DNA from: Botryllus schlosseri
Taxonomy: Eukaryota
Reading direction: 5' to 3'
NCBI GenBank assembly: GCA_051294905.1
Contig: CM119372.1
Location: 17,052,001 to 17,116,000, forward strand
Length of the DNA stretch: 64,000 nt
Below are positions 11,592 to 24,985 of the stretch, piece by piece. The notes beneath the pieces were generated by a model that saw only the letters and a program-made list of their open reading frames with translations, was not told the origin of the DNA and ran no database searches. Within the stretch, counting starts at the first letter, position 1. The number at the start of each line of letters is the position of its first letter. The position numbers were made by a program, and so were the translations under genes.

Positions 11592-13336
11592 GTTATCAAC
11601 CTTTTTCACGTCGTGGACCGGTAAAATTTCAAAAAATGTCTGGCGGACCGGTGAACTTTCAAAAATGAAATGAAGACAAAATGTAAAGTATGCAATCGTT
11701 TTTTGGCAATTATATATGGTGCTAGAGTGTGACATTTAGAGGGTTTTGATTATCTTCATGATGGCTTCCATACGATTTTATGGTATAGTGAGTCTGCTGA
11801 GTCGAGGTAAAATTGCCTTGTCCAGATAAACGTGCTACCGCCGAGAGTCGTTTACAGCCTTTCGCGCTGAAGGTCGTGGGTTTAACCGACCACGCCAACA
11901 CGAATAATATTCTTCTCGTTGACAATATCGAGGGAAGAAGAGTTTCGGAGTAGAACCAAGCACCTTGTCTTGCTTCCTTGCTCATTGCCAACTGCCACCA
12001 GACGCAGGCTACTCTGACAACTACGCATACTATGCATACCGCAAGACAACACCTTACAGCAGCTATACCGGCCATGTGCAAATCCGGACTGAAAAATTAC
12101 TTCGTCACCTCAGCCGAAAAAACGCTGGTCTTGGGCCCGCACAGGGCGATAAGTCAAACTTCTGGCGGCTTCGCCCACAGACCCTACAATTGGGTGGATA
12201 TTGCAACTGTACTATAGTGAGCACATTCATTCAACTCAGTGTAAGCAGAGAATTTATGTAGCTTTATCGCGCCAACAGCGAAAATTTCCCTTCAATCATG
12301 ACTGAATCGGTATTCTCGTTGCCGAATTTTTGGCACAACTATCGGAGAGTCCCATGTTAGCCTGAACTTCGTTATGTGTTGGTACGGCGTGGCGCGGTAA
12401 TGGCTGAGGGAAGGCATTTAGTGACACCAGAGTGTCCTATATGGTGTCGGCACAAGCAAATCTCACGGCTCAGTGAAATTGTATCACGTCACAATTTCCA
12501 TTTGGCTACAGGCAATTACTACTAAATAAATACAGTCCATCCTCAAGATTACCGGACCACGACTGACCTATCGATCTCGCTTCCCATGACATGCCGCCCT
12601 ATTTCTTGTCGCTTTCTTTTTCTATACTGTATTCTTTACTTTCATTCAGTGTGCATGCCTCCTCTTTACTACGCCTAGGCCAAGGTGGGTGTCCGATTCC
12701 ATTGACAAATCCAAGTCGCTTCGACATCTTCCTGTCTATTCATTGTATCGCATTTTTTGTGGTGTATTGAACTGATAAAATTGCTAATAAACCAATGATG
12801 ATGATGATGAGGCAAGTTGACGGTCATTTTTGACCGGCTTGCCTAGCATTAAATTTGGTGAAACGGGTATCAATCGAAAGCTGTCTCTGTACTGATTACG
12901 AAAATATAAATTTTATTCCGCTCGCGGCCCTAGAACCCCCACAATCAGCCTCGAATTTTTCATTGTTATGGAGATTGGCATTGGGACGCAACAATGCTGT
13001 CTGGTGAAACGAGAGAGTTAATTAATAATTAATAAATTGAAAATGTTGGAAAAAGTTTCAAAAAATTACGCTATGATTTATGTTCATTTGCAAAATAATT
13101 TTGGGCCCTTTTCAAGCTCGCCCCTCTGGCCCTCTCCAATTGGGCGGTTTGGGGTGTCGCGCAAACTGTGCTCTTTAGCGATGAGTCAGCAGTTCAGCAC
13201 GTATATGTTCTGTACTTGTCGCCTTCAACATTGCATCTTGAAATTATGGTTAAAATTGTAATATACCCGGTGGACCGGCAGGAATGTCGTCGCGGACCGG
13301 CGGTTGTTTATATAGCTCAGTGGTTGAGAACCACTG
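11592..13336. mobile_element. hAT-type MITE remnant hosting the LTR element and a LINE tail
   Basis: Removing the LTR element restores CACGTGGTTATCAACCTTTTT...GGACCGG; far end GGACCGG...GGTTGAGAACCACTG. Confidence 0.55.
12512..12810 (+). repeat. 3' end of non-LTR retroelement ((GAT)n tail)
   Basis: Ends AATAAACCAATGATGATGATGATGA; upstream peptide HTARQHLTAAIPAMCK (~12030-12080) loosely resembles a CR1/L2 ORF2 C-terminus. Confidence 0.65.
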
Positions 13337-15637
13337 GTTTATAACTTTATATGGCTCAGCAGTCAGCATTGATGTCACTGAATTTAAATGCTGTTGTCGG
13401 CAATAGTCACGTGACTTTGCAAAATGCAACCTGCATTCTGTACGAGCGTCGAGCAATGATAGAAAGTGACAGGACTGGGCTGCTATCATTGGTATTGATA
13501 CGAAGTTCACGGTGGGGTGTCCAACTGTTCATTAACTCGTCTACCTTTGTACTTCTTCGATAAGAAATTCAATTATCTGTAGTCATTGTAGAACGAGCTG
13601 CGTGTTCATGGGTAAACTTCCTTACAGTCATTGCTAAGTCATTTTAACTTTGACACTTTTCTGTTTTCCACATTAAAGGAATGTTGTGATATTTTGAAGT
13701 GATCAAAGTAGATACGAAATACTCATACTATTATTCTTCTCTTTGTGTAAATAAAGAAGCCTTACTATTGATACACTCTAGCTAAGCACCAGTCTGGCAA
13801 CAGTGGTTGTTTTCGGCAGAAAGTTCGCATGACACTGTTGACAGAACGGTTTCATGCATAGAATAATAAACTAATTAAACGTAAAGTTGCGTGTGACGTT
13901 GACACCAATTTTTCTCTAGGCTAAGCATATCTGAAAAGGTTTTATTAAATATGAATTAGATAACTTAATTGTCTCTCTCATCTGCGGAACCCCTTGTGGA
14001 TGATGATTGACCATAACCCACCATTTTCAGATGGTTACTGTAACTGCCACCTTTATGGGTGAAAATGGAACCAGGTATAAGAGCTATATGGTTAATACTA
14101 AAGCTACCGACGACCTATCCAGAGATATATGTCACTATGTCAGGTGGACTATTATAAAGTAATATGATCTAGCCTATGGGCAGGGGGTGATTCGGTGTCA
14201 CAGAACCCGATAACCCTCCTTCGAATACTCCCAGCTTCTAGAAGCTTATTTCCTAGAATCTAGGTATAATATTGCTTAACATAATGGCTCATTCGTGATT
14301 AGATGCATGAGGCTGGGCAATGCACATTGCGCTAGCCTGAAGATAGCTTATTACTGAATGAATTTTATGATCAATCTAAATTTGATTTTTACTATATTTT
14401 CAGTTAATTATGCTACTAAAGCATTTTTTCTGTGAGTTATGAAGCTGCATATTATACAAGATCACTGCCAAATTGTTTTGTATCAATTTTGGTGTTAGTA
14501 CCTCAATGCTCATCTTTTTTCATTGCGCCATCTAAGCATTGTTTACCAGAGGCAATAAATTTTCTGTATACCGTAATATCCTTTCATCAAATATTTAGGT
14601 TGTATGCTCCCGTTGCCGTCATATGGTGTTGACCCTTCTAACCCAGCTATGACACTTTGAACTCGAAAGAATGTATACACTTGGAGAACATGCATAGGCC
14701 TACATGGACATGGACATTTACAAAGCACGACAAACATCAGCACCACTGAGAATAAACATCAATAAATTACTTAGTGTTTAAGCAGTAGCAATTGAGCAAA
14801 CTTCTATCCTACCGAACTCTTTCTCAAACGAATGGAATCATAATTAATGTGGGTGAAAGAATGCCGTTCCTGTAGTGTACTGCTGCTAGCTGAAAATGGG
14901 CCTACATTGATGGACAGTGCTAATCATGGGCATCTTCTCGTCGATCAAATGTCATGTAACCATTGAAGCAATCAGCAGCAGGCCACTACTGCCAAGTCAT
15001 GAGCCGACAATTATGGAATGGTATTCTGTGTGTTATCCGAGAGCCAGTGTAAACAGGATTCTAATATTCATGCACTGATTAGTGTGGCTTTGCAACGAGG
15101 AGACATGTTTGTGCCTTTCTGTATTACCAGACAAGTAGGTCAGAATTTTCTCCATGATTATAGACATCAATATAGAAAAAAATAATCTATTTTAAAGATC
15201 TCAGTGGAATCAAGCCCAGTGTAATTGCTCTGTTATATGTCTTTAGTGTTGCGATTCCATGCAAATCGCACCATTATGTACCTTTTGGTTGCTCCTTATT
15301 TGATTGTCAGTGTTGTGCAATATTTATTGTCTGAACTTTATTGGTTAGTATGCTTGCAATTGCAATAATATTGTCGGCCGAGCTGTTAGTTTGATTGCTG
15401 GACATTCTCAATCACTGCTGAGTCATTTCTGTACTTGTTCAGCCACTTGTTACAGCCATTTCATACATAAGTAACACGATATTGTGATATTCTAAAGCGG
15501 CCGAAAAATATGAAGCAAAATTTTATCAATTAGTCATTACATTTCTTCAACTTCATTTAGATAACTAGCAAAAAACTTTAGTTCGCCGTATCTGTCAAGT
15601 TAATATTTATAATTTGGATCCAAGCACTCGAGCAGTT

Positions 15638-16906
15638 ATGGTGAGACTGACTGCAAGCCCAGCGGGAGCCCTTGTGGATGAAGAAATACGATTGACCGTT
15701 ACAGGCCTGGATTATGGTCAGAAGATCACTTTAACTGCAACCACGGTGATTGACGATGGATACAAGTATGAGAGCTATGCTCATTACCGAGCTGATGATA
15801 TGGGCACAGTCGACTTATCAAGAGATGAATGTAAAGGAGGCTCTTTTAAAGGAGTATCTTCCATGGGGTTGTTTTGTTCATTGGCTCCTTCGCCATCAAA
15901 CAAGCATCCATATGGCCGTTTAATGATTCGAGATGTAGAATCGCCACTCTGTGTTAAAGTGACTGTTTTTGAAGGCTATCTATTCGCTGGAGATGATACA
16001 CATCAGCCATTTCTTACACAGTTAACACTCAAGAGATGGTACAAATCTCCCGGTGTAAAAAGAGTGGTGGTCCGTGAAGGACGTATTCGTGGTTCACTTT
16101 TCATTCCCGAAGGTTCTGGCCCCTTTCCTGCCGTTGTAGATCTATTTGGAACTGCAGGTGGGCTATTAGAATACCGAGCTTCGTTGTTGGCCTCTAGAGG
16201 ATTTCTTGCCCTGAGCCTCGCGTATTTCCGGTATGATGACCTCCCAGAGACTGTTCTTGATCTAGAATTGGAATATCTAGAAGAGGCAAAGGATTATTTG
16301 TCGGCTCATGACAAAGCGCAACTAGGAGGAATCGGAATCGTTGGCGTGTCAACAGGAGGAACACTAGCTGTCGCCGCTGCAACATATATCCCTGGCTATA
16401 AGTGTTGCGCTATGATAAATGGGTCTGTTTTCACCCATTACCCCACTCTTCATTACAAGGGAAGAATCTGGCATGCAGCCTTTCCTGATATGAAACACGC
16501 TTTTGTTGAGAGCAATGGTGTTGCATTTCTACGTACGTTAGATAAATATTTTAACATGCCACGAGATTCTAGTGCAATGTTAGAGTTTTTTAAATCGAGT
16601 TCCTCATTTCTGTTCATGTTTTCAGAAGATGACAAGTGCATGAATACGGCCGAGCACAAAAATATGATAGAACACCTGATGAAATTTTCCAATCGTAATC
16701 ATCGTATCATTATGTATAAAGGCGCAGGGCACCTGCTGGAGCCGCCGTTCAGTCCACATAGTGCGATATCATACGCTAAAATTATTGGAATGCCAGAAAA
16801 TTGGGGTGGTAACTGCCATGATCATTCGCTTGCTCAAACGAAAGCCTGGTCCGATTTGCTCATGTTTTTAAAAGATAGTTTGAAAAATACTGTGTCAAAG
16901 CTTTGA
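15638..16906 (+). CDS. acyl-CoA thioesterase (type I ACOT/BAAT family), PTS1 SKL, copy 1
   Basis: N-terminal BAAT-type domain, GPFPAVVDLFG, nucleophile motif GVSTGG, Asp in SEDDK, His in GAGH; ends SKL; intronless. Confidence 0.93.
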   Translation: MVRLTASPAGALVDEEIRLTVTGLDYGQKITLTATTVIDDGYKYESYAHYRADDMGTVDLSRDECKGGSFKGVSSMGLFCSLAPSPSNKHPYGRLMIRDVESPLCVKVTVFEGYLFAGDDTHQPFLTQLTLKRWYKSPGVKRVVVREGRIRGSLFIPEGSGPFPAVVDLFGTAGGLLEYRASLLASRGFLALSLAYFRYDDLPETVLDLELEYLEEAKDYLSAHDKAQLGGIGIVGVSTGGTLAVAAATYIPGYKCCAMINGSVFTHYPTLHYKGRIWHAAFPDMKHAFVESNGVAFLRTLDKYFNMPRDSSAMLEFFKSSSSFLFMFSEDDKCMNTAEHKNMIEHLMKFSNRNHRIIMYKGAGHLLEPPFSPHSAISYAKIIGMPENWGGNCHDHSLAQTKAWSDLLMFLKDSLKNTVSKL

Positions 16907-17795
16907 TGGTCAGGATTACTTCACCGATACTCAGTAGGCTATATGTCGCATCTTTCCTTGGTCCTGCAATGAGGTTTGTATGGCTATAACTCCAAAAATA
17001 ATCCATGAATTTTTACCGAAAAATTCATTTATAATTTTCAAAAATGTTATGCTGAAGTCCAACTAGAGTCAATTTTTATGAGCCACAATCCTATATATAT
17101 ATATGACCTATATATAATGACTGTTATATTCAAACTAAATTTGATGTTTCACATTGTCATCTCAGGGAGAGGGTGATAGTCCGTGTTAGACAGAGGCGAA
17201 GACAAATTATTGTGTATATTACTTGATGTTTCTACATCTATGCTGCAATATGAACTTCCACTCTAGTTTCTCTGCTCAATGTCCGACTGATGCGACATAT
17301 TCTGTATGAACTAGAGTGGTAACAATCAAAGAAACAAGTTTCTCAGTACAGGAATGTAGCTTAATACCGGCTTAGATTGGACATCAACATTCACATCCGG
17401 GCACACATGTTAACAGCAATCAGGAAATTGGCTTTAACAGCATTATATCTTTCCTGATCACAATTATCCATAACTGCGATAATACATGTTCAGAAGTTAA
17501 TTTCACATGCTGTGTGGTACTAAGTAACATATAACATATCTATGTGATCTAATGACAAAAGGTATCTCTCAATTGTATTTGCCATAAGTACATTTAGAAC
17601 TCGTTGCCCCTGTTGTAGTTAGTACTATGTTTGACGATAATTAATTCAAAGGGAATTAGCAAGAAGTCGACCTGGACCGATTTTATAATAATAATAACTG
17701 TTGTGCGACTTTCTAGTTTCTATTACATTCAATGCTCATAATTGTTTCAGCACGTCATTCATCTATTTCCGTGATGTGTTAATAGCTGTGACTGT

Positions 17796-18250
17796 TGAAA
17801 TTAAGCCGTATGTTTTCGGCTGACACTCGTCAGGGGTAATCGTCTGAAACTAGTAGAGCTGTGGTTCTCAAACTTTTTTAGACACGCCCCCTTTTATTAT
17901 AGTGAAATATTTCGTGCCCGCCTTATTGTCATATCACAAAATGCAACCAGAATGCTAGCAATCCCAACAGATAATTTGATGGCAGGGAAGGTTATGACTG
18001 TCGATGAGATAATTCTCAACTATGAAATTTGGACTATACACGGAACAATAACTATGAATTAAAGGTACATCGCTAGGGGCAAACTCCATAGTCTGAGAAC
18101 CACTGTAGTAGAGAATTGGAAAGAACACTGTATATCAATAATCTTATCATAAAATATGACGTCATCATGACGATTACCCCTGAAGCCCTGATGAGTGTCA
18201 GCGGAAAATATTTGGGCTCATTTCAATATGAATGTACCATTCAATTGGAA
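17796..18250. repeat. back-to-back pair of hammerhead-core repeats split by a MITE
   Basis: Minus copy ~17796-17858 (degenerate after GAAA); plus copy CCCTGATGAGTGTCAGCGGAAAATATTTGGG ~18185-18216. Confidence 0.55.
17859..18105. mobile_element. hAT-type MITE
   Basis: TIRs like 911-1133; 8-bp TSD TAGTAGAG. Confidence 0.85.
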
Positions 18251-19127
18251 TACTTTGGTGAATAACATTTCTCTGTAATTGTGCAGTGCATACTTAACTC
18301 TTATCATTTAGCTTGCTTTACTTGATCTATTTTTTACGTAAGCAAAATGGGATTGCACATAAATGCTGATTTCATTACTACTATTTTCGACTACTTCTAC
18401 GTAACAGTTTCAGTATTTCACTTGGAAATTGTGACTTCTATTTATACTCGAGTAGAAATTGACGAGATTACTTCTACTTCCGTACCAACGAAGAATACTT
18501 GTACGGTGCACCACCTTTGCCTGTAAGATGTAAGATCAATATTCCCAGTGTAGCATTCGTAGATTATATTCTCTGCTACCCTGCTATCATGCTGTGACGG
18601 CGCGAAAATTAGCCGATTTTTTTTACGCCAAATTGTCGTTAACCATATTTCTGTTGAAATATGATATCGACTTGATATTATCGGCAAACCGGTAATCACT
18701 CGGACTTTCAGTCAGAATTTCTTCAGTTGCAAGCATGCAATCCCATTTGTTCATGAAATCAGCAAGTTTAGTCAATGTACATATTTAGATATTTCATACG
18801 GGTTATTGCCTAATAAACGCAATTCTATTGCCTAAAAATCTGTGTGTAATCAAATACAGGATCACGACTAATTTGATTTAAATGATTTCTAATCCATTAT
18901 TGCAAATGCTATGACAGCTACTAGTATACAAAGGCTAAGGATATCTCCTTGGACATTGATAACATAGTAAGCATCATCTCGTTTGGTAGGCCTACAAATA
19001 TTTGCCATTCCTTAATAGAAATTGACTGTCGTACAATGGAATGCCTGCTCATTTTCAGATTTCATAATATATTTTTACGTCTGTTAAATCTTACAAGAAA
19101 TATTTGAATGGGAAAAAATCTATGACA

Positions 19128-20343
19128 ATGGTTAAACTTATTGCTATACCATCTGAAGCCCTCATGGACGACGAAATACGGCTGGTTGTTACAAACTTGA
19201 AGTCACACCAGAACATTACTGTAGTTGTAAATGTTACAGGTGCACGCGGAGATAACCATCACAGTCACGCTCATTATGAGGCTGACAATTTCGGAACGGT
19301 TGACATTAGTCGAGATGAAAGCAAAGGTGGCTCGTACACGGGAATATTTTCTATGGGCCTATTCTGCACAATGACACCGTCTCCATTAAACAAGCATCAT
19401 AATTGTGTTCGACCAACATGTAACATACAATGAAAGTATTCATAAGGAAAGTCTGTCGAAAATTGTTGTTGAAAGGAGGTATAAATCTACCGGTGTGAAA
19501 CGCGAGATAGTGCGTGATGGGCGTCTACGGGGATCTCTGTTCATTCCAGAAGGTGCTGGACCATTTCCTGCGGTCGTTGACATATTTGGGGCAGGTGGAC
19601 TGACGGAGTTCAGGGCAGCTTTGCTGGCATCGAGAGGTTTTCTGACATTAGCTCTTGCATTTTTCGGGTATGAGGACCTGCCTAAGACACCACAAGATAT
19701 AGATCTTGAGTATTTTGAAGAGGCAAAGAATTACTTGATTGCTCACAAGGCTTCGCGAATAGGAGGAATTGGTATCGTTGGTATATCATTGGGTGGTACA
19801 ATTGCCCTTGCAGTCGCCTCTTACATTCCGGATTATAACTGCTGTGTAACGATTAATGGCCCGGTTTTTGCCTTCAACTTTAACTTGCGCTACAAAGGCC
19901 GAATGTGGATTGGGGCAGTACCTGATATGAAAAAACTGTACATTGAAAACAATGGGGCCAATGCTATCAATATGCTTGATGATTATTTAACTATGCCGTT
20001 AGACAGTAATTCAATTATGGAATTTAATAAATCACAGAGTTCTATTATGTTTATCTTCTCCGGGGACGATAAAACGCTAAAAGCATATGACCATCAGAAA
20101 ATGGCTGAAAATATACTCAGCGGTTCTAGTGTCGACTATCGTATCATTGCGTATAGTGGGGCTGGCCACCTTCTAGATCCTCCATTTAGTGCACACAGTC
20201 CTATGTCATATAATATGGCCATTAGGATGACTCAACATTGGGGAGGTAACGCTGCACAACATTCTCTTGCTCAGAGTCAAGCTTGGTCGGCTATACTGCA
20301 GTATCTCAGAGAAAAACTCCAAATGTATAAATCTAAACTTTGA
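19128..20343 (+). pseudogene. ACOT/BAAT-family copy 2, frameshifted by a ~50-bp deletion near 19400
   Basis: Two ORFs in different frames; 18 codons present in copy 3 (FTRFMIRDVVSPIQVHLT) are replaced by 4 nt; GISLGG, SGDDK, GAGH and SKL intact. Confidence 0.85.
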
Positions 20344-20560
20344 ATGAATTGGGCAGCCTGTCACATTTGAATCAAGGATTTTTCTAGTCATGCTTTTACT
20401 GATTTTTAATATAATTCATGACATACTAGTCAGCCCTCAAGTTTACCAGACCACGACCTGACATATCGATCCTTCCGTCACATGCCATCTCATTTTCTCA
20501 CTTGTCTTTTACTTTTCGTTTAGTGTGCATGCCTTCTGTTTACATAACCTAGGCCTAGGG

Positions 20561-21717
20561 CAGTGGTTCCCAACCTGTGGTACGCGTACCACTAGTGGTA
20601 CGCGAAGGTCTTCCAGGTGGTACGCGAGTAGATTCTGTTTATTTTTTCGACCAAAGGAAGGTATTAGTTCAGGTGGGTTTGATTTTGAATTTTTTTGACT
20701 AGTGGTGAATAAACAATTCCATGCATCTCATCAACCCGGGCTGATAATGCCTAGTTTAATGAAATTTGGTATTAGTAGGGCTATTTTTTTACAAAATTGA
20801 GCGTTAAGTCAAAAAATTGTCAAAATTGTTTACAAAGTCAAAAGATTTTTGACCCCTCCATTTCGTTTGTATCGTAGATTTGATACTTTAAAGCTTTAAG
20901 CCTACTTTATAGGCCTACCGTTGTAGGCGGCCCATTGTCTGCTCATCGTGGATCATAAATTGTCAAACGAAACGAATAGGTTGTCAATTGACATATGGTG
21001 TTATTCTCAACGTACCGTAATATCCTAACTGAAGCAAGACTGCTTGGGCATTGCATGGATATTTTATCAAGAAGCGCATGATGAATAGGCCTAATTGTGA
21101 TGTATGACGTGTATGACAACATTGTCAGAATGAAGCACCATGGTGGGTCACCAGCAGTGTACGCACAGTTTCAGTGTTGTCAACCAACAACTACTGCTGT
21201 TAAACGGTAGGCTATTTTTCCATTCTTGGCAAGCTACTTAGTAAGGACAGACAATTTTCACCCGAGAATGTAAGAAAGTATGTTTCGTCGTTGTACTACA
21301 ACAAATTTTAATTAACTCCTCCATAATACGTGGTGTAACTACTGGGTCAGATATCGTTAAAATAAAGTTTTTTCATGTCAAAATTTGTCAGTTTTTAAGT
21401 CAAAAAGGCTTTTTCAGGCCATACTACTTCGTAAGGACAGACAGTCCTTACCAAAATTGAATATAAGTAGTACAATTTTAACATTATGTGCGAAAACACC
21501 TAATTTGCGTACGTGAAGTCAAAATTCGGTCAAAATTCTCCAAATTTTTAGGTAAAAATCGCCCTACACCCCACATAGGCCAATTACGGGATTATGACGT
21601 CATAAATGGTGAAAACATTTTTACCGCGTACGTCGTGCGTAAATTATGTAGGTGGTACGCGAGCACTGCATAAAACCTCGAAGTGGTACGCGGAAGGAAA
21701 AAGGTTGGGAACCACTG
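20561..21717. mobile_element. hAT-type MITE with nested element
   Basis: TIR CAGTGGTTCCCAACCT; GGTACGCG subterminal motifs; TSD GCCTAGGG; interrupts a LINE-tail repeat. Confidence 0.9.
20776..21566. mobile_element. TAGGGC-ended element, same family as 1527-2438
   Basis: Colinear homology with 1527-2438; no clear TSD. Confidence 0.75.
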
Positions 21718-21747
21718 GCCTAGGGGGACGGTGGGGCGTCTGATTTC

Positions 21748-23020
21748 CAGAGGTGGTCAGTAACGAAGTACTTCTACTTTTTGGAAGTACTCAAGTAGTT
21801 TTGCTCTACTTCTGGTACTTACTCAAGTAGAGTTGATTTTTGCTACTTCTACTTCATAATATTTTGTGATCTACTTACTTACTTTGCGCCATTTTCAGTT
21901 TGATAAGTAGAAGTAGTGTAATCCCCCATACGAAAGATAACCTGAGGAATTTCGGGGCAGTTTTCACGGAGTACCAACATTTAATATTCATAAAAGTCAA
22001 GTAAACCCCAGAAATTTTGTTGCTCTTCACGCACAGTAGTTATGGAGTGACGTATATGTTTTCACGAAAGTATCAGTCAACATAATTTAGGTACTGGATT
22101 GCTTATGGTTCTGCTCACAACGCATTGTCGCCCATATCAAATATTTCATCACAGTAAATATGGCCCACCATAACGTTTGAAACTACCGTTTTGCAATCTA
22201 GCAATTACCTATCCTATCGTTATCTAACAGCCCATGACGTGTCCTGCTGATCTGGAAAATCCGGCTTTTTGGAACGTTACACCTGTTTTAGTAGATCACC
22301 TTTGAAGCTTTATGGACAAAAGACATGAAATATATTTCCCGCTTTTTAGTAGTGCTATTTGTATTTCACTTTCAATTCTGAGTATGTTACTCGCGGTATC
22401 ATACTTTGAGTCCTAATTACTTTCAATCCTTTTGTCTGCAGAACACACATGTTGAAGCATAAAAGCAAGTGTAGTAATAATGCCTCTAATTTCCGAAAAG
22501 AAAGCTACACTAAATATAGAGTTTAAGATCCACAATATTTATTATTAACGTATACTAGTCGTTCAAAGTGTTCAAACCGTATCCGATACAACTTCTCCGT
22601 ATTGCTCTTTGCCTAAACTTGGGGCCCTATAATATGGGGTAGGGTGCCATGTCATGATATTCTCTAAAATGGGGTCTTTTAGTAAACAAAGGGTTGGTAT
22701 CGCATTTGCGTATCAATACTATAATTTGCATCCCACGACGCGAAAAAAAAATTGTCGAAAATTGATGCCTCCTGGGATGGATCAATACGAATCAAGCTCT
22801 CTGCACCTTCCGCATAGCTCAATTTGCAGCTTTTGACAGTCCATGCAGACGAATTAAAAACTACTTACTTACTTGAGTAGATTTAAAGTCAGTCAATTCT
22901 GCTTCTACTTCACGTAGTTTTTGGTTGCTCATGGAATAAGTACTTCTACTCGGACTTGAGTAGATTTTTCCATCGCTACTTCTACTTGAGTAGCATTCTT
23001 GAATACTTTGACCACCTCTG
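21748..23020. mobile_element. hAT-type MITE with AGTAG/CTACT subterminal repeats
   Basis: TIR CAGAGGTGGTCA; TSD CTGATTTC. Confidence 0.9.
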
Positions 23021-23398
23021 CTGATTTCAAAGACTGCTCCAAGTCGTTTCGACACCTTCCCATCTTTTCATTGTATCACTGACTTCTGGTGTTTTTAAAT
23101 GATCAAATTCCTTAAACTGATACTGGAACCAAAGGACGTAGTCAAAGATTTTACTTTTGTAATGACCACTTCGATTGACAGAAGATAGACTTGCCGAAGG
23201 CTTGACAGCCTACTCAAATGTAATGAATTCACTCATTGTCACAATAATATGATATAAATTTAGCATGGATATGGCCAATACTGACTTGAACATTTCTTGT
23301 AAGTTCATGTTGATTCTTTTTTCGATGTCATGCTTTCGACATGGATTTTTTTTCTTGTAGCCTACCGTATCTGTAATTGGAATTGAAACCACAAAGTC

Positions 23399-24667
23399 AT
23401 GGTGAGGCTAACTGCAAATCCAATGGATGCCCTCATGGATGAAGAAATCTGTTTGGTTGTGAACGACTTGGATCCTCACCAGAACATCACTGTAGTCGCA
23501 AGAGTTACTGATCAAAATGGTGATATCTATGAAAGCAATGCATATTATACAGCTGATGATTTTGGAACTGTTGACATTTTTCGAGATGAAAGCAAAGGAG
23601 GCTCCTATACTGGAGTATCTTCCATGGGTCTATTTTGCTTCATGATACCATCGCCAGCGAATAAGCACCAGTTTACCCGCTTCATGATACGCGATGTAGT
23701 ATCACCTATTCAAGTTCACTTGACTGTGCATCATGGACATCAATTACTTGAAGATATTGAGGGTGAAAAGTTTCTATCGTATATTGTAGTTAAGCGGCGG
23801 TATAAAGCAATTGGCGTGAAAAGAGCGACTGTTCGCAGTGGTCATCTTCGTGGATCGTTGTTCATTCCCGAGGGCATCGGCCCATTTCCTGCAATTGTTG
23901 ATTTGTTTGGCAGTGCCGGCGGACTCATCGAGTTCAGGGCTGCATTACTAGCTTCACGAGGTTTCCTGACACTTTCTCTTGCCTATTTCTCATATGACGA
24001 CCTTCCAGAACAAGTTAATGAAATAGATTTGGAGTATTTTGAAGAGGCAAAGAATTTTTTAGTCGCTCATGAGTCTTCACAAAAAGGAGGAATTGGTATT
24101 ATTGGTGTATCAGCAGGGGGTACCATTGCCCTTGCTGCTGCAACATATATCAATGATTACAAATGCTGCATTTCTATTAATGGACCAGTTTTCGCCTACT
24201 ACACAATGTTAAAATATAAAGGCAAAATCTGGGAACCAAAGGTACTTGACATGACAAGAGTTTATATTGAAAGCAATGGACTCGTTTTGAAAAGATGCAT
24301 AGATGAAAAATTCCAAATGTCCTCTGATTGCAGCTCAATTATTGAATACAACAAATCGAAGAGTTCATTTTTGTTCATGTTTTCAGAAAATGACAAAGCG
24401 ATTAATACAGCAAAGCATCAAGTCATGGCTGAGCGCTTGTTGCGGGGTTCTGGAGTTGACTACCGTGTCATTGTTTATACTGGTGCGGGTCATTTGTTAG
24501 AGCCTCCATTCTCCCCTCATACTTCTGTGTCATATGCCAAGATTTTGGGGATGGCTCAGAATTGGGGAGGTACTGCTAAATACCATTCGCTTGGACAGAG
24601 TAAAGGATGGTCCGATTTATTACTTTATTTGAGAGAGAAATTGCGGACAAATTTAGCGAAACTTTGA
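23399..24667 (+). CDS. ACOT/BAAT-family copy 3, PTS1 AKL
   Basis: GVSAGG, SENDK, GAGH; ends AKL; intronless; clearly paralogous to copies 1 and 2. Confidence 0.93.
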   Translation: MVRLTANPMDALMDEEICLVVNDLDPHQNITVVARVTDQNGDIYESNAYYTADDFGTVDIFRDESKGGSYTGVSSMGLFCFMIPSPANKHQFTRFMIRDVVSPIQVHLTVHHGHQLLEDIEGEKFLSYIVVKRRYKAIGVKRATVRSGHLRGSLFIPEGIGPFPAIVDLFGSAGGLIEFRAALLASRGFLTLSLAYFSYDDLPEQVNEIDLEYFEEAKNFLVAHESSQKGGIGIIGVSAGGTIALAAATYINDYKCCISINGPVFAYYTMLKYKGKIWEPKVLDMTRVYIESNGLVLKRCIDEKFQMSSDCSSIIEYNKSKSSFLFMFSENDKAINTAKHQVMAERLLRGSGVDYRVIVYTGAGHLLEPPFSPHTSVSYAKILGMAQNWGGTAKYHSLGQSKGWSDLLLYLREKLRTNLAKL

Positions 24668-24985
24668 AGACCAGTTGTTTCAATACCATGAAGATTTTAA
24701 CTCCTGTGAATCAGAAAGTCATTTCTGTATTTTTATGATTATTCAAGTGGTTTACAATTGTAATTCTGTACTTGCCTATATCTAAAATCTAAATTATTGA
24801 TATCGCGACTTAGTATATTAGCAGTAAATCTGGTAAAGTTTTGAAACATTGGACAGTAATCACTGTCTCTCATGCCACGCTAATAATGTGGACACGGACT
24901 GACTGGAGGGTATGCATGGTGCCGATTTGTCGCTCAAGTCACTCTGTAAGTGACGGTATTACATTTGATTTGTATAACGTTATAA

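Noticed and set aside
5914..12810. Inverted ~290-bp repeats as TIRs of a large element enclosing the LTR retrotransposon
   Set aside because: Both end in AATAAA plus a (GAT)n tail, no shared TSD is visible, and many other diverged copies are scattered in the window; they are independent retroelement tails.
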